Shown here: in pieces, positions 6,322 through 16,023 of the stretch
How the letters are laid out: each line of letters begins with the position of its first letter
Numbering within the stretch: position 1 is the stretch's first letter
Virus record (IMG/VR): IMGVR_UViG_3300030330_001909
Coordinates: 1-48,954 of that record
DNA length: 48,954 nucleotides
Source of the DNA: a virus
Taxonomy: Duplodnaviria; Caudoviricetes
Strand: one strand, 5' to 3'
The notes under the pieces: generated by a model
The model's input: the letters and a program-made list of their open reading frames with translations, nothing else
Told to the model about the DNA's origin: nothing
Database searches by the model: none
Program-made: the position numbers and the translations under genes

Positions 6322-6603
6322 ATGGACTATAAAAGTAAAAAAGCAGCAGGTCAAATGAAAGATCCTGCAGGATACATGGCAAAAGAAGCAATGGGTAAAA
6401 TGAAACCTGACGCAGTGTCTAAAATGGGTAACTATGGTAAGAAAAAAGAAGGACCTCAAATGAGTGGTGGTCATTATAAAGGTAGTGTAAATAAAATGAG
6501 TAAAGAATTAACTTACGGTGGACCTGTAATAGATCAAATGGGTAATGCATTATCACACATGGGAGCTATGAAAGTTTTAAGACACATGAAATCTAGAATG
6601 TAA
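6322..6603 (+). CDS. Met/Lys/Gly-rich small protein
   Basis: 93-aa ORF. Confidence 0.75.
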   Translation: MDYKSKKAAGQMKDPAGYMAKEAMGKMKPDAVSKMGNYGKKKEGPQMSGGHYKGSVNKMSKELTYGGPVIDQMGNALSHMGAMKVLRHMKSRM

Positions 6604-7949
6604 TGGCTATAATCTACACGTATCCAACAAAAGGCGCGCCAGTAGGTAATGATTTGATTATTATTTCTGATTCACAGGATAATAATAAAACTAAACAAGT
6701 AAAAGTTTCTACTTTACCTAGCTCTGGAGGAGGCGGTGGTAATCCATGTTTTGAAAATATTTTTGGTAATCCTGGAAAAATACTAGCATCTGCATCGCCA
6801 ACAGCTAATTTTTTAGTAGATGCAAATACTAACATGGTAATTTCTGGTGATGGAGCATCTAATTTAACATGGACTTTAAATCCTCCTACTGCTGTTAAAA
6901 AAGGAGGTGTTACAGCATTAGCTGGACCTAGCGCTATACCAAGTCAATCACCTAATGGAACTTGGTATCCTATAGATAATGTAGAAATAGATACATCTAG
7001 ATTAGCTGTTAGAATACCTAGTTCTGCAACTCCAGGAGATGGTCAAATAGAAATTGTAGCAGGAACTGGTTTAACCGGAGGTGGAACTTTTACAGTTAAT
7101 CAAGCAGGTAATACTACTATAACACTTAACGCTAGCGCTACTGGTGGAGGTGTAGACTCAGTTACCACTACAGATGGAAATTATATTAATTTAACACCTA
7201 ATGCTGCTACTACAGGTGCAGTAACTGTAACTGCTGATTTATCAGCTATTAATGGGGCTGCAGATACTACTACTAAATTTTTAAGTATAGATAATAAATG
7301 GGCTGTTCCTGCTTATACTACTGATACCACATATACTTATGGTGTTAGTGGAACTACAAATCCTAATTTAAGATTATCAGATGGAAGTACTCCTCAAGAT
7401 ATACAGTTAATAGGTGCAGGTACTACTACAATTACAGGTTCAGCAGGTCAAGTAACCATATCATCTACAGGAACTGGTACAGCTGGTGACTTAGGTTTTC
7501 AATTTTTATCTATTTATGAAGCTGAAAATGAGGTAGCTGGTGCAAATCAAATATATAGACAATCTGTTTCTCAGCTAGATTGCGCTATAAATAAAGTTGA
7601 TTTTTTCGTTACCTCAGTTGCAGGTCAAGGTGAAAGTGTTACTATAGCAGTATATACAGGTGCATTAGGCGGTAGTGGTAATAGAAGACTGTTAGGAACT
7701 AAAAACAGTGTTTCATTAGGTATAAATACAATAACATTTTTAGCTCCTTATACTTTTAATGCTGGTGATGATATAGTTATATATTCATCTCAAACTGAAG
7801 GCGTTTCTTTAGCAGGTAATGATAATTTACTTAATAATGTTCTTTTATCAAGAGGAGAAACCGATTATGATGCTGCACCACCTGCACTTTTAGCAACTAG
7901 TGAACAACCAACTAGCGCAGGTGTAGCATTACATTTTTATAATCAATAA
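6603..7949 (+). CDS. Fibre-like virion structural protein
   Basis: 448 aa, G/T/A-rich fibre repeats (AGTGLTGGG, GVDSVTT, GQVTISST), beta-rich C-terminal domain. Confidence 0.7.
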   Translation: MAIIYTYPTKGAPVGNDLIIISDSQDNNKTKQVKVSTLPSSGGGGGNPCFENIFGNPGKILASASPTANFLVDANTNMVISGDGASNLTWTLNPPTAVKKGGVTALAGPSAIPSQSPNGTWYPIDNVEIDTSRLAVRIPSSATPGDGQIEIVAGTGLTGGGTFTVNQAGNTTITLNASATGGGVDSVTTTDGNYINLTPNAATTGAVTVTADLSAINGAADTTTKFLSIDNKWAVPAYTTDTTYTYGVSGTTNPNLRLSDGSTPQDIQLIGAGTTTITGSAGQVTISSTGTGTAGDLGFQFLSIYEAENEVAGANQIYRQSVSQLDCAINKVDFFVTSVAGQGESVTIAVYTGALGGSGNRRLLGTKNSVSLGINTITFLAPYTFNAGDDIVIYSSQTEGVSLAGNDNLLNNVLLSRGETDYDAAPPALLATSEQPTSAGVALHFYNQ

Positions 7950-7979
7950 CAACCAACGTTTAACTTAAAACCAAATACA

Positions 7980-8267
7980 ATGACGTTTTTATATACCCGC
8001 ACTAACTCGTGGACTAGTGCACCACAACCAAATGAAAAGACCATTGAACTATGGAAGCATGTAGCAACCAAAAGCAATTGGAGAATTGTACAACTACCAA
8101 ATGGATACTATCAAACCGAGTATAAAGACTTAGATGAAAACTGGGTCGATGTAACAAGGAGAGAAACCATGGATGGCGCAGAGCAAGCAATAGACAGTTC
8201 AATAGAACATTATACTAAAAAGCTTGAATTTGCTAACGGACCAAAAGTTGTAAAAACATTTGAATAA
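7980..8267 (+). CDS. Hypothetical protein
   Basis: 95-aa ORF immediately upstream of groEL. Confidence 0.8.
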   Translation: MTFLYTRTNSWTSAPQPNEKTIELWKHVATKSNWRIVQLPNGYYQTEYKDLDENWVDVTRRETMDGAEQAIDSSIEHYTKKLEFANGPKVVKTFE

Positions 8268-8295
8268 CAAAAAATAAAATTTAATTTAATTTAAT

Positions 8296-9843
8296 ATGGA
8301 AGAAATAAAGTTAGTTAAAGAACTGGCTTTTGGCGATAGTGCTAGAAGTCAGGTCTTAACTGGCGTTAAAAAGTTGACTAACGCAGTTAGTTCAACGTTA
8401 GGCGCGAGTGGTAAATGTGTTATACTTGAGGATAAAAATGGTAATCCTGTTATAACAAAAGATGGAGTTACAGTTGCTAACTCTGTAACGTTGCAAGATC
8501 CATTAGAAAACATAGGATCTACACTAATTAAACAAGCAGCACAACGTACAGTCAAAGACGCTGGTGATGGAACTACTACAGCAACTGTATTAGCTGAAGC
8601 TATAATAGACGAGTTTAACAAACACAGTGAGCTAGATACTTTAAGGAATATAAAAGAAGGTATTAATTTAGGTGTTGATAATGTAATTAAATATCTAAAA
8701 AAACAAAGTAAAAAAATTAGTGGTAAAAAGATTGATCAAGTAGCTACTATATCTGCAAATAATGACAAAGAACTAGGTGACATAATATCTAACGCTTTTA
8801 AATTAGTAGATGAAACAGGAGTAGTTATAATGGAAATAAATGACGAACCTGAAACATTAGTAGAACTTATAGAAGGTTTTGAATATAATGGATCGTTAAA
8901 GTCACATCATTTTATAACAAATAAAGACAAAGGTACTTCTGAACTAGAAAATCCATATGTTTTAATAATAGAATCTAAAGTAGAAAACGTAAGAAAAATT
9001 CAAAACGTATTAGAATATATTATTAAAAACAAAAAAAGCTTATTACTAATAGCTGATGTAGATCCACAAGTATCCGCTGCATTAGCAATGAATAAAATAA
9101 AAGGTAATATAAAAGTTAATATTATTGATGCACCTACATACGGTTTAAATAAAAAAGAAACTTTAACTGATTTATGCTTAGTTACTGGTGCTACTTTAAT
9201 TAATGAAGAGCTTGGTGATGATATGGATCTTATACAACCAGAACATCTAGGTAAATGTAAAAAATCTATTACAAACAACCATCATACTATATTAAAAGTT
9301 GATACTTCAACTAATGAAAAAGTTCAAGAAGTAATAAGTAATTTATATAATCAACTTGCTAAATCAAATAATGCTAATAAAAATTTAATTATAGAAAAAA
9401 GATTAGCAAAGTTAAAAGCTAAAATGGCTATAGTAAAAGTTGGTGCAAACTCTGATATAGAGTTAAAAGAAAAAAAAGATAGAGTTGAAGATGCTATTTG
9501 CGCTACTAAAGCCGCGATTAAAGAAGGTATAGTATCTGGTGGTGGTATAGCTTTATTAAACGCTTCACAAAAACTAAAGCCAAAAAGCATAGGTGAAGAA
9601 GTTTTATATTGTGCTATAAAAAAACCATTTGAAATTATACTTAAAAACGCTGGTGTTGAAGAATATGAAACTCCAAATGTCGAAGGAAAAGGATTAGACG
9701 TGGTTACAGGAAATACGGTGGATATGGTAAAAGCCGGAATAATAGATCCTTTACTAGTAACTAAAAGTGCGTTACAAAACGCGGCTTCTGTAGCTACAAC
9801 TATAATGAGTACTGATTGTGTAATAAACAATGTTAGAGTATGA
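8296..9843 (+). CDS. groL: Phage chaperonin GroEL (Cpn60)
   Basis: ITKDGVTVA, AGDGTTTATVLA, KKDRVEDA, EGIVSGGG, GIIDP motifs; lacks the GGM tail. Confidence 0.97.
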   Translation: MEEIKLVKELAFGDSARSQVLTGVKKLTNAVSSTLGASGKCVILEDKNGNPVITKDGVTVANSVTLQDPLENIGSTLIKQAAQRTVKDAGDGTTTATVLAEAIIDEFNKHSELDTLRNIKEGINLGVDNVIKYLKKQSKKISGKKIDQVATISANNDKELGDIISNAFKLVDETGVVIMEINDEPETLVELIEGFEYNGSLKSHHFITNKDKGTSELENPYVLIIESKVENVRKIQNVLEYIIKNKKSLLLIADVDPQVSAALAMNKIKGNIKVNIIDAPTYGLNKKETLTDLCLVTGATLINEELGDDMDLIQPEHLGKCKKSITNNHHTILKVDTSTNEKVQEVISNLYNQLAKSNNANKNLIIEKRLAKLKAKMAIVKVGANSDIELKEKKDRVEDAICATKAAIKEGIVSGGGIALLNASQKLKPKSIGEEVLYCAIKKPFEIILKNAGVEEYETPNVEGKGLDVVTGNTVDMVKAGIIDPLLVTKSALQNAASVATTIMSTDCVINNVRV

Positions 9844-10100
9844 AAGCAATTGGGAAATATATAGTTATTGATCCTGTTGATGAATCAAGCTCTACAACTA
9901 AAGGAGGTTTATTATTAGGTGAAAAACAAAGAGAAGACATTAGATATAGAAAAGCTAAAGTAATAGAACTTGGCTCTGATGTACAAGTATTAAAAAAACA
10001 TGATGAAGTTTATTACGATAAAGCTGCTGGATTTAATATTGAAATAAAATCACAGAAGTTTAAAGTAATAAAAGAGATGGATGTAGTAATAGTATTATGA
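9840..10100 (+). CDS. groS: Co-chaperonin GroES (Cpn10)
   Basis: TTKGGLLL mobile loop, KVIELGS; ATGA overlap with groEL. Confidence 0.9.
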   Translation: MKAIGKYIVIDPVDESSSTTKGGLLLGEKQREDIRYRKAKVIELGSDVQVLKKHDEVYYDKAAGFNIEIKSQKFKVIKEMDVVIVL

Positions 10101-10540
10101 AAATTGATTCTATTTTTTTAAAAGACATAGGATTACTAAAGCATTATCGTATTATTAGAAAGTGGGCTTGTAAAACCTACAATATAAAAGAAGCAGATTT
10201 AGAGTTATTAATATATTTAGATGCTATAGATTTTTTTACTAAAAATGATTTTAAAAAAGGTACGTACTCTTATAGCTGGGACAACAGACGCTGGAACAGG
10301 TTGTTAAAGGAAGGGTGGATTAAAGTGTGGAGAGAAAGAAACCGCACAACCCAAAAGTATAACATATACAAAGTATCCGTAAAGTGTAAACAGCTAATTG
10401 CACGTATGTACCGAATCATGTTAGGTGAAGAAGATATGCCTACAAAAACATTAAACAATAACAATAAATATATTTATAAAGTTACAGCTAAGGCTGTAGA
10501 TTTTGCAAACAAAGATAAAACTAGAGGACATGGCATTTAA
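10097..10540 (+). CDS. Putative winged-helix DNA-binding protein
   Basis: ADLELLIYL...NRLLKEGWIKVW...YKVSVKCK is a MarR-like wHTH pattern. Confidence 0.55.
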   Translation: MKIDSIFLKDIGLLKHYRIIRKWACKTYNIKEADLELLIYLDAIDFFTKNDFKKGTYSYSWDNRRWNRLLKEGWIKVWRERNRTTQKYNIYKVSVKCKQLIARMYRIMLGEEDMPTKTLNNNNKYIYKVTAKAVDFANKDKTRGHGI

Positions 10541-11696
10541 AATGAGATCACCATTACATAATGAACCATTAAAACAAGGATATGGAAAAGTAGTGGAAAA
10601 AACTGGCGCGACAAAACAAACATTAAAACCTAAAGACTTTAGTGCTAGTAAAGATATTGGTGCAGGAGGTGTAAGGGTACTAAAAAGCTCAAAACAAAGT
10701 AAAACTCCTACCATCGACAAATTCATGAAAATGAATGAAAGACCTAGCGTTAGTTCAAATGAACCAAGCTATCTTGATAAAGTTAAAAGGAAAGCAGGTA
10801 TGGTAGGTGATTTAGCTATAAAAGCTATGGATCCATTTGGCATTGGTCAAAAACTAGCTGGATCACTTGTATCGCCAATGCTCTCACCTAAATCTGGACC
10901 TAAATCTATAATAGAAGGACCTAGTAAAAGAGATACACAAGAACAAAAAAGAAGACAAGAAAAAGCTGATGAGTCAGCTAAAGCTCGTGGCGAATTACCA
11001 GCACCAGGAAATATGAGTCCTTTGCATAATGAACCTGTTGGTGTAAAATTTGGAGTGCGCGGAGCTAACTTAGCTGCTGACACAAAAGGTAAAGAACAAT
11101 TTTTTGATGTAGACGATGATGGGCAAAACACTACTACTAAAGATAATTTTACAAACTCTAACACAGGCGCAGAAGAAAATGTAAGTGGTGAAGATAAGAC
11201 TATGGCAGATAAACTAATAGAAGAAAATGAAAGTGGCGATGGAAAATCTGATGCTGAAAGAGAGTTATATGAATATAATCCAGCTATGTATGCTAGACGA
11301 AAAGCTAGACAAGATAAAAGAAATATTAGAAGAAGCCAAAGAGAATCAAGAATTGTAGGTAGACAATACGGTTATGAAGAAGGTAGGAAAGTAGATGATG
11401 CATACACTGGTCCTCGTAGTATGGATGAGGCATCATATGAAAATCCTGATATGAGAGACAAAAGAGTAGAACAAGAAAGAAAAGATAAAGAAATGCAAGA
11501 AAAAATGGACCAAGCAGAACAAAAAATAGATGCACTAATTAATAGTGGATCACCAAGTCCTATGACACCTAATAGAGCTGGTAGGCCAAAAAACAGTAAT
11601 ATACTAATGACTGCACCTGTAATAAAAACTGGTAAGCACTCAGCTAAAGATGCTGTAGCTAAATTAAAAATGCGTAACATTGCACAAAGCGAATAA
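10530..11696 (+). CDS. Low-complexity protein with MAFKM and two SPLHNEP motifs
   Basis: Probable start ATG 10530 (MAFKMRSPLHNEP). Confidence 0.75.
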   Translation: MAFKMRSPLHNEPLKQGYGKVVEKTGATKQTLKPKDFSASKDIGAGGVRVLKSSKQSKTPTIDKFMKMNERPSVSSNEPSYLDKVKRKAGMVGDLAIKAMDPFGIGQKLAGSLVSPMLSPKSGPKSIIEGPSKRDTQEQKRRQEKADESAKARGELPAPGNMSPLHNEPVGVKFGVRGANLAADTKGKEQFFDVDDDGQNTTTKDNFTNSNTGAEENVSGEDKTMADKLIEENESGDGKSDAERELYEYNPAMYARRKARQDKRNIRRSQRESRIVGRQYGYEEGRKVDDAYTGPRSMDEASYENPDMRDKRVEQERKDKEMQEKMDQAEQKIDALINSGSPSPMTPNRAGRPKNSNILMTAPVIKTGKHSAKDAVAKLKMRNIAQSE

Positions 11697-11698
11697 CT

Positions 11699-12778
11699 AT
11701 GGCTGGATACAAAAAGAAGCGTAAACTGTTTGGAAATAAAAAAAATAATCCAGATAAAACCCATTATAGAAGTGGTAAGACGCCTAAGTCTGGTAAGCCT
11801 TTTACTATATCAGAAAAAGATTTAAAAAGAGTTAGTTTTTCCCAAGATTACGATGACAAGAAAACGAAAGAGCAACAAGATGCAAGTGAAGCTATTCCTA
11901 TGCATAACAAGTATTTTGCTCACACCGAACAACGTCTAGACAAAAAATCTGAAACTGATCTTAGTGGAACAGAAACAAATGAAGGTTCTCCACTCCCATT
12001 TTTAGGTACACTAGGTGTAATGAAAGGAGGCGGAGCTTTAGTAAAAGGTATAAAAAATAGAGATCAATTTGGTGGTGGTTTAAAAGGAGCTTTAAAAGGT
12101 ACTGGTGATGCACTTACATCTGGAGGCTTAATAGGTAAAATTAAAGATGGTGTAAATAAAAGAAATGAAGAAATAAATGCTAAACTCGACACTATAATCG
12201 CAGCAGTCGGCGGTGGTGATGAAGGGATGGGTGCTGATACTATGAGCACATCTCCTGGAGCTGCTCCATTAGGTATGGCTAGCCCTGCTAAATTTAAAGA
12301 GTTTATGACTACAACTCAACAGTCTCCAGTGTCTAACAATACAGGTGGTAAAAAATCTACATTTGATCCTGTAATGGCTGATCGTATGATGGCTGTGGCA
12401 GATCCAGAAACAAATACTAAAGATCTTTTATTTATGCTTGGTGGAGATGTAAAAAAAAAAGCAGTAACTAAAATGACAGGATCAGATGATAAGTCAGTAA
12501 AATCAGAAGATAAGCCAATAAAAGTAACAAATGAAGGTATTAAAGCTGGTAATTTAAAGATTACACCTTACGGTGAAACTGGGGCAACAGATCCAATAAC
12601 AGGTTATACAAAAAATAAAGGAGGAGTTAAAGTAAATTTAGCCAATTTACCTGTGAAACTAAAAGTAGGCTTTGATCAAAAAAATACTGGTTATAAGTCT
12701 AGTATAACACCTAATATTCAAATAGGTGGAAAATTCAAAATTAAAGAAAAAACACAAGAAAAACCTAAACACATTTAA
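11699..12778 (+). CDS. Basic low-complexity protein
   Basis: 359 aa; GSPLPF and MASPAK motifs. Confidence 0.75.
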   Translation: MAGYKKKRKLFGNKKNNPDKTHYRSGKTPKSGKPFTISEKDLKRVSFSQDYDDKKTKEQQDASEAIPMHNKYFAHTEQRLDKKSETDLSGTETNEGSPLPFLGTLGVMKGGGALVKGIKNRDQFGGGLKGALKGTGDALTSGGLIGKIKDGVNKRNEEINAKLDTIIAAVGGGDEGMGADTMSTSPGAAPLGMASPAKFKEFMTTTQQSPVSNNTGGKKSTFDPVMADRMMAVADPETNTKDLLFMLGGDVKKKAVTKMTGSDDKSVKSEDKPIKVTNEGIKAGNLKITPYGETGATDPITGYTKNKGGVKVNLANLPVKLKVGFDQKNTGYKSSITPNIQIGGKFKIKEKTQEKPKHI

Positions 12779-12780
12779 TT

Positions 12781-12951
12781 ATGCCAAGTCAAGGAGAATA
12801 TCAACAGCCAGCAGGAGTTAAACTAAAATGTAATAGACCTCTGCCAGGAACAAGAGTTATGAGAAGTAATAATACTACTATCATGCCTATATTACGTCAA
12901 ATCGACAACGTGCCTTATAAAGGTAACGCTGTGTTGAACGCTAATTCATAA
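12781..12951 (+). CDS. Hypothetical protein, 56 aa (MPSQGEYQQPAGVKLKCNRP...)
   Basis: Manual translation; TAATG coupling to the next ORF. Confidence 0.65.
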   Translation: MPSQGEYQQPAGVKLKCNRPLPGTRVMRSNNTTIMPILRQIDNVPYKGNAVLNANS

Positions 12952-13112
12952 TGGGACTTGATGATCTGAAGTTATACTGTTTAAATATAACTTCATTTAC
13001 TATCGCAAGTTTTGATTGGTTAGAACCAACTTTAAAAATATTATTATTAGTAACTACTTTAGGGTATACTGCTCATAAATGGTGGTTGTTAAAAAAGCAA
13101 AAAGATGCGTGA
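12951..13112 (+). CDS. Putative holin, 53 aa
   Basis: Hydrophobic segments and basic C-terminus; overlaps the endolysin start. Confidence 0.6.
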   Translation: MGLDDLKLYCLNITSFTIASFDWLEPTLKILLLVTTLGYTAHKWWLLKKQKDA

Positions 13113-13518
13113 TATAAATAAAATTATTGTACACTGCTCTGCTACTAGAGAAGGAGAAAATTTTGATGTAGCTGAAATACGCAAATGGCACGTTGAAGGA
13201 CGTGGTTGGAGCGATATCGGCTACCATTTTTATATCGACCTATATGGAGAAATACACAAAGGTAGAGATATAAATAAAATCGGAGCTCACTGCAAGGGGC
13301 ATAATCGTAATTCGATAGGGATATGTTATTGCGGAGGCGTTGAGGCAGATGGTAAGACTCCGAAAGATACTAGACTAGATTGTCAAAAAGAAGCATTATT
13401 AGCTGTACTTAGAACTTTAAAAGCTATGTACCCTAATGCTGTAATACATTCACATAAGGACTTTGCTAATAAAGCATGTCCGTCATTCGATGCTACTAAT
13501 GAATATGAAAATCTCTGA
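13105..13518 (+). CDS. Endolysin, N-acetylmuramoyl-L-alanine amidase (T7 lysozyme-like, Amidase_2)
   Basis: IIVHCSAT, GWSDIGYH, GAHCKGHN, SIGICY, HKDFANKACPSF. Confidence 0.95.
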   Translation: MRDINKIIVHCSATREGENFDVAEIRKWHVEGRGWSDIGYHFYIDLYGEIHKGRDINKIGAHCKGHNRNSIGICYCGGVEADGKTPKDTRLDCQKEALLAVLRTLKAMYPNAVIHSHKDFANKACPSFDATNEYENL

Positions 13519-13780
13519 AGGAACAGAATTTAAAATAGATCTTAAAACGGTAATAAGTATAATAGTAGTCACTTCAATGTTTGTAGGCATGTATTATACT
13601 TTACAATCAGATATAGATGATGCTAAGAAATTACCACCAGCTGTAATAGATCGTATTGAATATGATCTTAAACAAGAGTGGCAGACAAAACATATAGAAG
13701 ATCTAGAAGAAAAAGTAGATGAAATACTTTTCTGGTGTAGAGAGGTAGACGGTAAATTACAAAATAAAAAAGATAAGTAA
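13505..13780 (+). CDS. Single-TM coiled-coil protein (possible lysis accessory)
   Basis: Probable start 13505; TM segment VISIIVVTSMFVGMYY followed by a coiled coil. Confidence 0.65.
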   Translation: MKISEGTEFKIDLKTVISIIVVTSMFVGMYYTLQSDIDDAKKLPPAVIDRIEYDLKQEWQTKHIEDLEEKVDEILFWCREVDGKLQNKKDK

Positions 13781-13947
13781 TGGCTACAAAAAGAAGTGGT
13801 ATAAAAAGAATAAAAATATCTGCAGCTTGTAAAGCAGCAGCTAAAAAAAAGTTTAAGACTTGGCCAAGCGCGTACGGATCGGCATGGGGAGTAAGATGTA
13901 CACGTAAAGGTGGACCACAAAATATGGGTAAATCTAAAGATAAATAA
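13780..13947 (+). CDS. Small basic protein, 55 aa (AC...K..F..WPSAY.S....C motif)
   Basis: MATKRSGIKRIKISAACKAAAKKKFKTWPSAYGSAWGVRCTRKGG... Confidence 0.75.
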   Translation: MATKRSGIKRIKISAACKAAAKKKFKTWPSAYGSAWGVRCTRKGGPQNMGKSKDK

Positions 13948-14120
13948 TGAAAAAGCGTGGCGGTGAATATCGCGGTACGTTAAAAGCTAGAATAAACAAA
14001 CTGTATGGTGGTGATGTAACTTGTGATAAAGTTAAAAAACTTAAGTCAAGAAAAGGAGCAACTAAAAGAGATGTACAATTAGCTAATTGGTTTATTAATA
14101 TGCATAACTGTAAAATATAA
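13947..14120 (+). CDS. Small basic protein, 57 aa
   Basis: MKKRGGEYRGTLKARINKLYGGDVTC...LANWFINMHNCKI; TAATG coupling on both sides. Confidence 0.75.
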   Translation: MKKRGGEYRGTLKARINKLYGGDVTCDKVKKLKSRKGATKRDVQLANWFINMHNCKI

Positions 14121-14368
14121 TGGCAAAGAAAAAACCTGAATGGAAAGACAGCGAGTACGCAGATGCTAAAGGCAAGTTTAAAGAGTTATCATGTGGTGAC
14201 TTAGCTAACTGGTTAATTAAATCTAGGAAAGGAAATAAAAAAGCTATTGTTGGTAGTTTAAATCAACAAATAGTTTTTAATAGAAAAAAGAATCCTAGTT
14301 ATGCTAAAAAAATGAAGTGCGCTAGAAATGCTGCAATGAAAAAATTAGGCAGTGGCAAAGAAAAATAA
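14120..14368 (+). CDS. Small basic protein
   Basis: 82 aa, Lys-rich, two Cys. Confidence 0.75.
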   Translation: MAKKKPEWKDSEYADAKGKFKELSCGDLANWLIKSRKGNKKAIVGSLNQQIVFNRKKNPSYAKKMKCARNAAMKKLGSGKEK

Positions 14369-14645
14369 AGATCCAAAAGAAGGTACAGGTAAAAAACCTA
14401 AAGGCTCAGGTAGAAGATTATATACAGATGAAAATCCAAAAGATACTGTTAGAATAAAATATGCTACACCAGCAGATGCTAGAGCTACATGTACTAAAGT
14501 CAAAAGATCTGGTAAAAATTTTGCTAGACAAATACAGATATTAACTGTAATGGAACAAAGATCTAGATTTGGAAAAAAACCTGAGCAAGCTAAAATAGCT
14601 AAGCAATGTAAAATATCAATAAGAAGAAAACATGGCAAAAAGTAA
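14352..14645 (+). CDS. Small basic protein (GTGKKPKGSGRRLYTDENPKDT motif)
   Basis: 97 aa, GTG start; motif recalled from marine phage proteins. Confidence 0.8.
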   Translation: MAKKNKDPKEGTGKKPKGSGRRLYTDENPKDTVRIKYATPADARATCTKVKRSGKNFARQIQILTVMEQRSRFGKKPEQAKIAKQCKISIRRKHGKK

Positions 14646-14922
14646 AGTCAAAGGTGGTGGCACTACAAAGGTTTGCTTGCCAAAGGCAAAGGTAGATAAA
14701 ATGTCTCCTGAAGAAAAGCAGAAAGTTATTAATGCTAAAAAGTCTGCTGCATCAAAAGGTAAATATAAAAGATCAGGTGATAGCAATGTTAAAGGTGCTC
14801 GTAAACCAGGAGCTACACTAAGAGACTGGTTTGAAAAAGAAAACTGGATAAATGTAGAAACAGGTCAACCTTGTGGTGCTAAAACAAATAAAAAAAGTAA
14901 ACGTGGCAGGAAGAGTAGATAA
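14632..14922 (+). CDS. Small basic protein (LRDWF..E.W....TG.PCG; DUF5872-like)
   Basis: 96 aa; motif recognition. Confidence 0.7.
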   Translation: MAKSKVKGGGTTKVCLPKAKVDKMSPEEKQKVINAKKSAASKGKYKRSGDSNVKGARKPGATLRDWFEKENWINVETGQPCGAKTNKKSKRGRKSR

Positions 14923-15181
14923 AAGCAAATTACCTTGTAATAAACCAAAGAGACAAGCTCATGGGTCAGGACCTTCTGGCAAGTCACACATTGTAAAAGC
15001 TTGTAAAGATGGTAAAGAAAAGATTATTAGGTTTGGACAACTTGGTGTTAAAGGCGCTGGTAAAAAACCTAAGACTGAAAAAGATAAAGCACGCAAAAGA
15101 TCATTTCAAGCTAGACATAAAAAGAATATAGACAAAGGAGTTTTCAGCGCTGCATATTGGGCTAATAAAGTTAAATGGTAA
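14903..15181 (+). CDS. Small basic protein (IIRFG...SF.ARH...SAAYWANKVKW; DUF5754-like)
   Basis: Probable GTG start 14903; motif recognition. Confidence 0.75.
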   Translation: MAGRVDKSKLPCNKPKRQAHGSGPSGKSHIVKACKDGKEKIIRFGQLGVKGAGKKPKTEKDKARKRSFQARHKKNIDKGVFSAAYWANKVKW

Positions 15182-15330
15182 TGAAAGATAAAGGACTAGG
15201 TGATACGATTGAGCGTTTCACAAAATTTACAGGAATAAAAAAACTAGCGGATAGTATACCAGGTGGTTGCGGTTGTGATGATCGCAAAGACTGGTTTAAT
15301 AAAAATTTCCCTTATAAAAATTATAGATAA
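15181..15330 (+). CDS. Small protein, 49 aa (GLGDTI...TGIK...CGC..RK motif)
   Basis: Manual translation; TAATG coupling on both sides. Confidence 0.8.
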   Translation: MKDKGLGDTIERFTKFTGIKKLADSIPGGCGCDDRKDWFNKNFPYKNYR

Positions 15331-15674
15331 TGGCAAAAAAATTCAAAGCACACATGATGTATAAGAAATGTAAAGGCGTCATGGCTAAAACAATGGAACA
15401 ACATCTAAAACTTAAAAAGAAAGGTTACGATCACAAACTAGATAAAAATTGCAAAACTAAAGATTCTGCTACTGCTATGAAAAGTGGACCAGGTGGTAAA
15501 GGAGCAAAAGGAGCACTAGATTCAGCGAGAATGAGAGGTGATATAAAAGAAAAACCACAGTCAAGCGATAGTGGTTTAACTGACAAGCAAAAAACACTAC
15601 CTAAATTTTTACAAGAAAAAATACAAAAAGCAAAAGCTAAAAGAGAAGCTAAAAAAGAAGCTAAAAATAAGTAA
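15330..15674 (+). CDS. Small basic protein
   Basis: 114 aa, Lys-rich. Confidence 0.75.
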   Translation: MAKKFKAHMMYKKCKGVMAKTMEQHLKLKKKGYDHKLDKNCKTKDSATAMKSGPGGKGAKGALDSARMRGDIKEKPQSSDSGLTDKQKTLPKFLQEKIQKAKAKREAKKEAKNK

Positions 15675-15676
15675 TT

Positions 15677-15841
15677 ATGAAACAGAATCCAGCAGAACAT
15701 TACGCAGAAAATGCACAACACGATATTAAGACCGGTGAAGGATCTAAAAAAGATATTATGTATGACATTAAAAAAGCATCACAGTATGGTTATTTAAATA
15801 GACATCAACCACATGTGATACATAAACATATGAAAAAATAA
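15677..15841 (+). CDS. His-rich small protein, 54 aa
   Basis: MKQNPAEHYAENAQHDIK...PHVIHKHMKK. Confidence 0.7.
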   Translation: MKQNPAEHYAENAQHDIKTGEGSKKDIMYDIKKASQYGYLNRHQPHVIHKHMKK

Positions 15842-16023
15842 TGTATATGGAACAAGTTATAAAAGTAGTTAATTCATCATGGTTTAAATCGTTAGCCATA
15901 GGTATTATTGGTATAGCTCTTATAGCTGAAGGACATCCTTTTTATTCAGGTATTGCTTTTGGTTTTGCTGCTAGAGAATTTTTATTTTCACTTAGACCTA
16001 CTTGTGACGTTTGTAACAAATGA
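15841..16023 (+). CDS. Small two-TM membrane protein with C-terminal CxxC
   Basis: 60 aa. Confidence 0.7.
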   Translation: MYMEQVIKVVNSSWFKSLAIGIIGIALIAEGHPFYSGIAFGFAAREFLFSLRPTCDVCNK

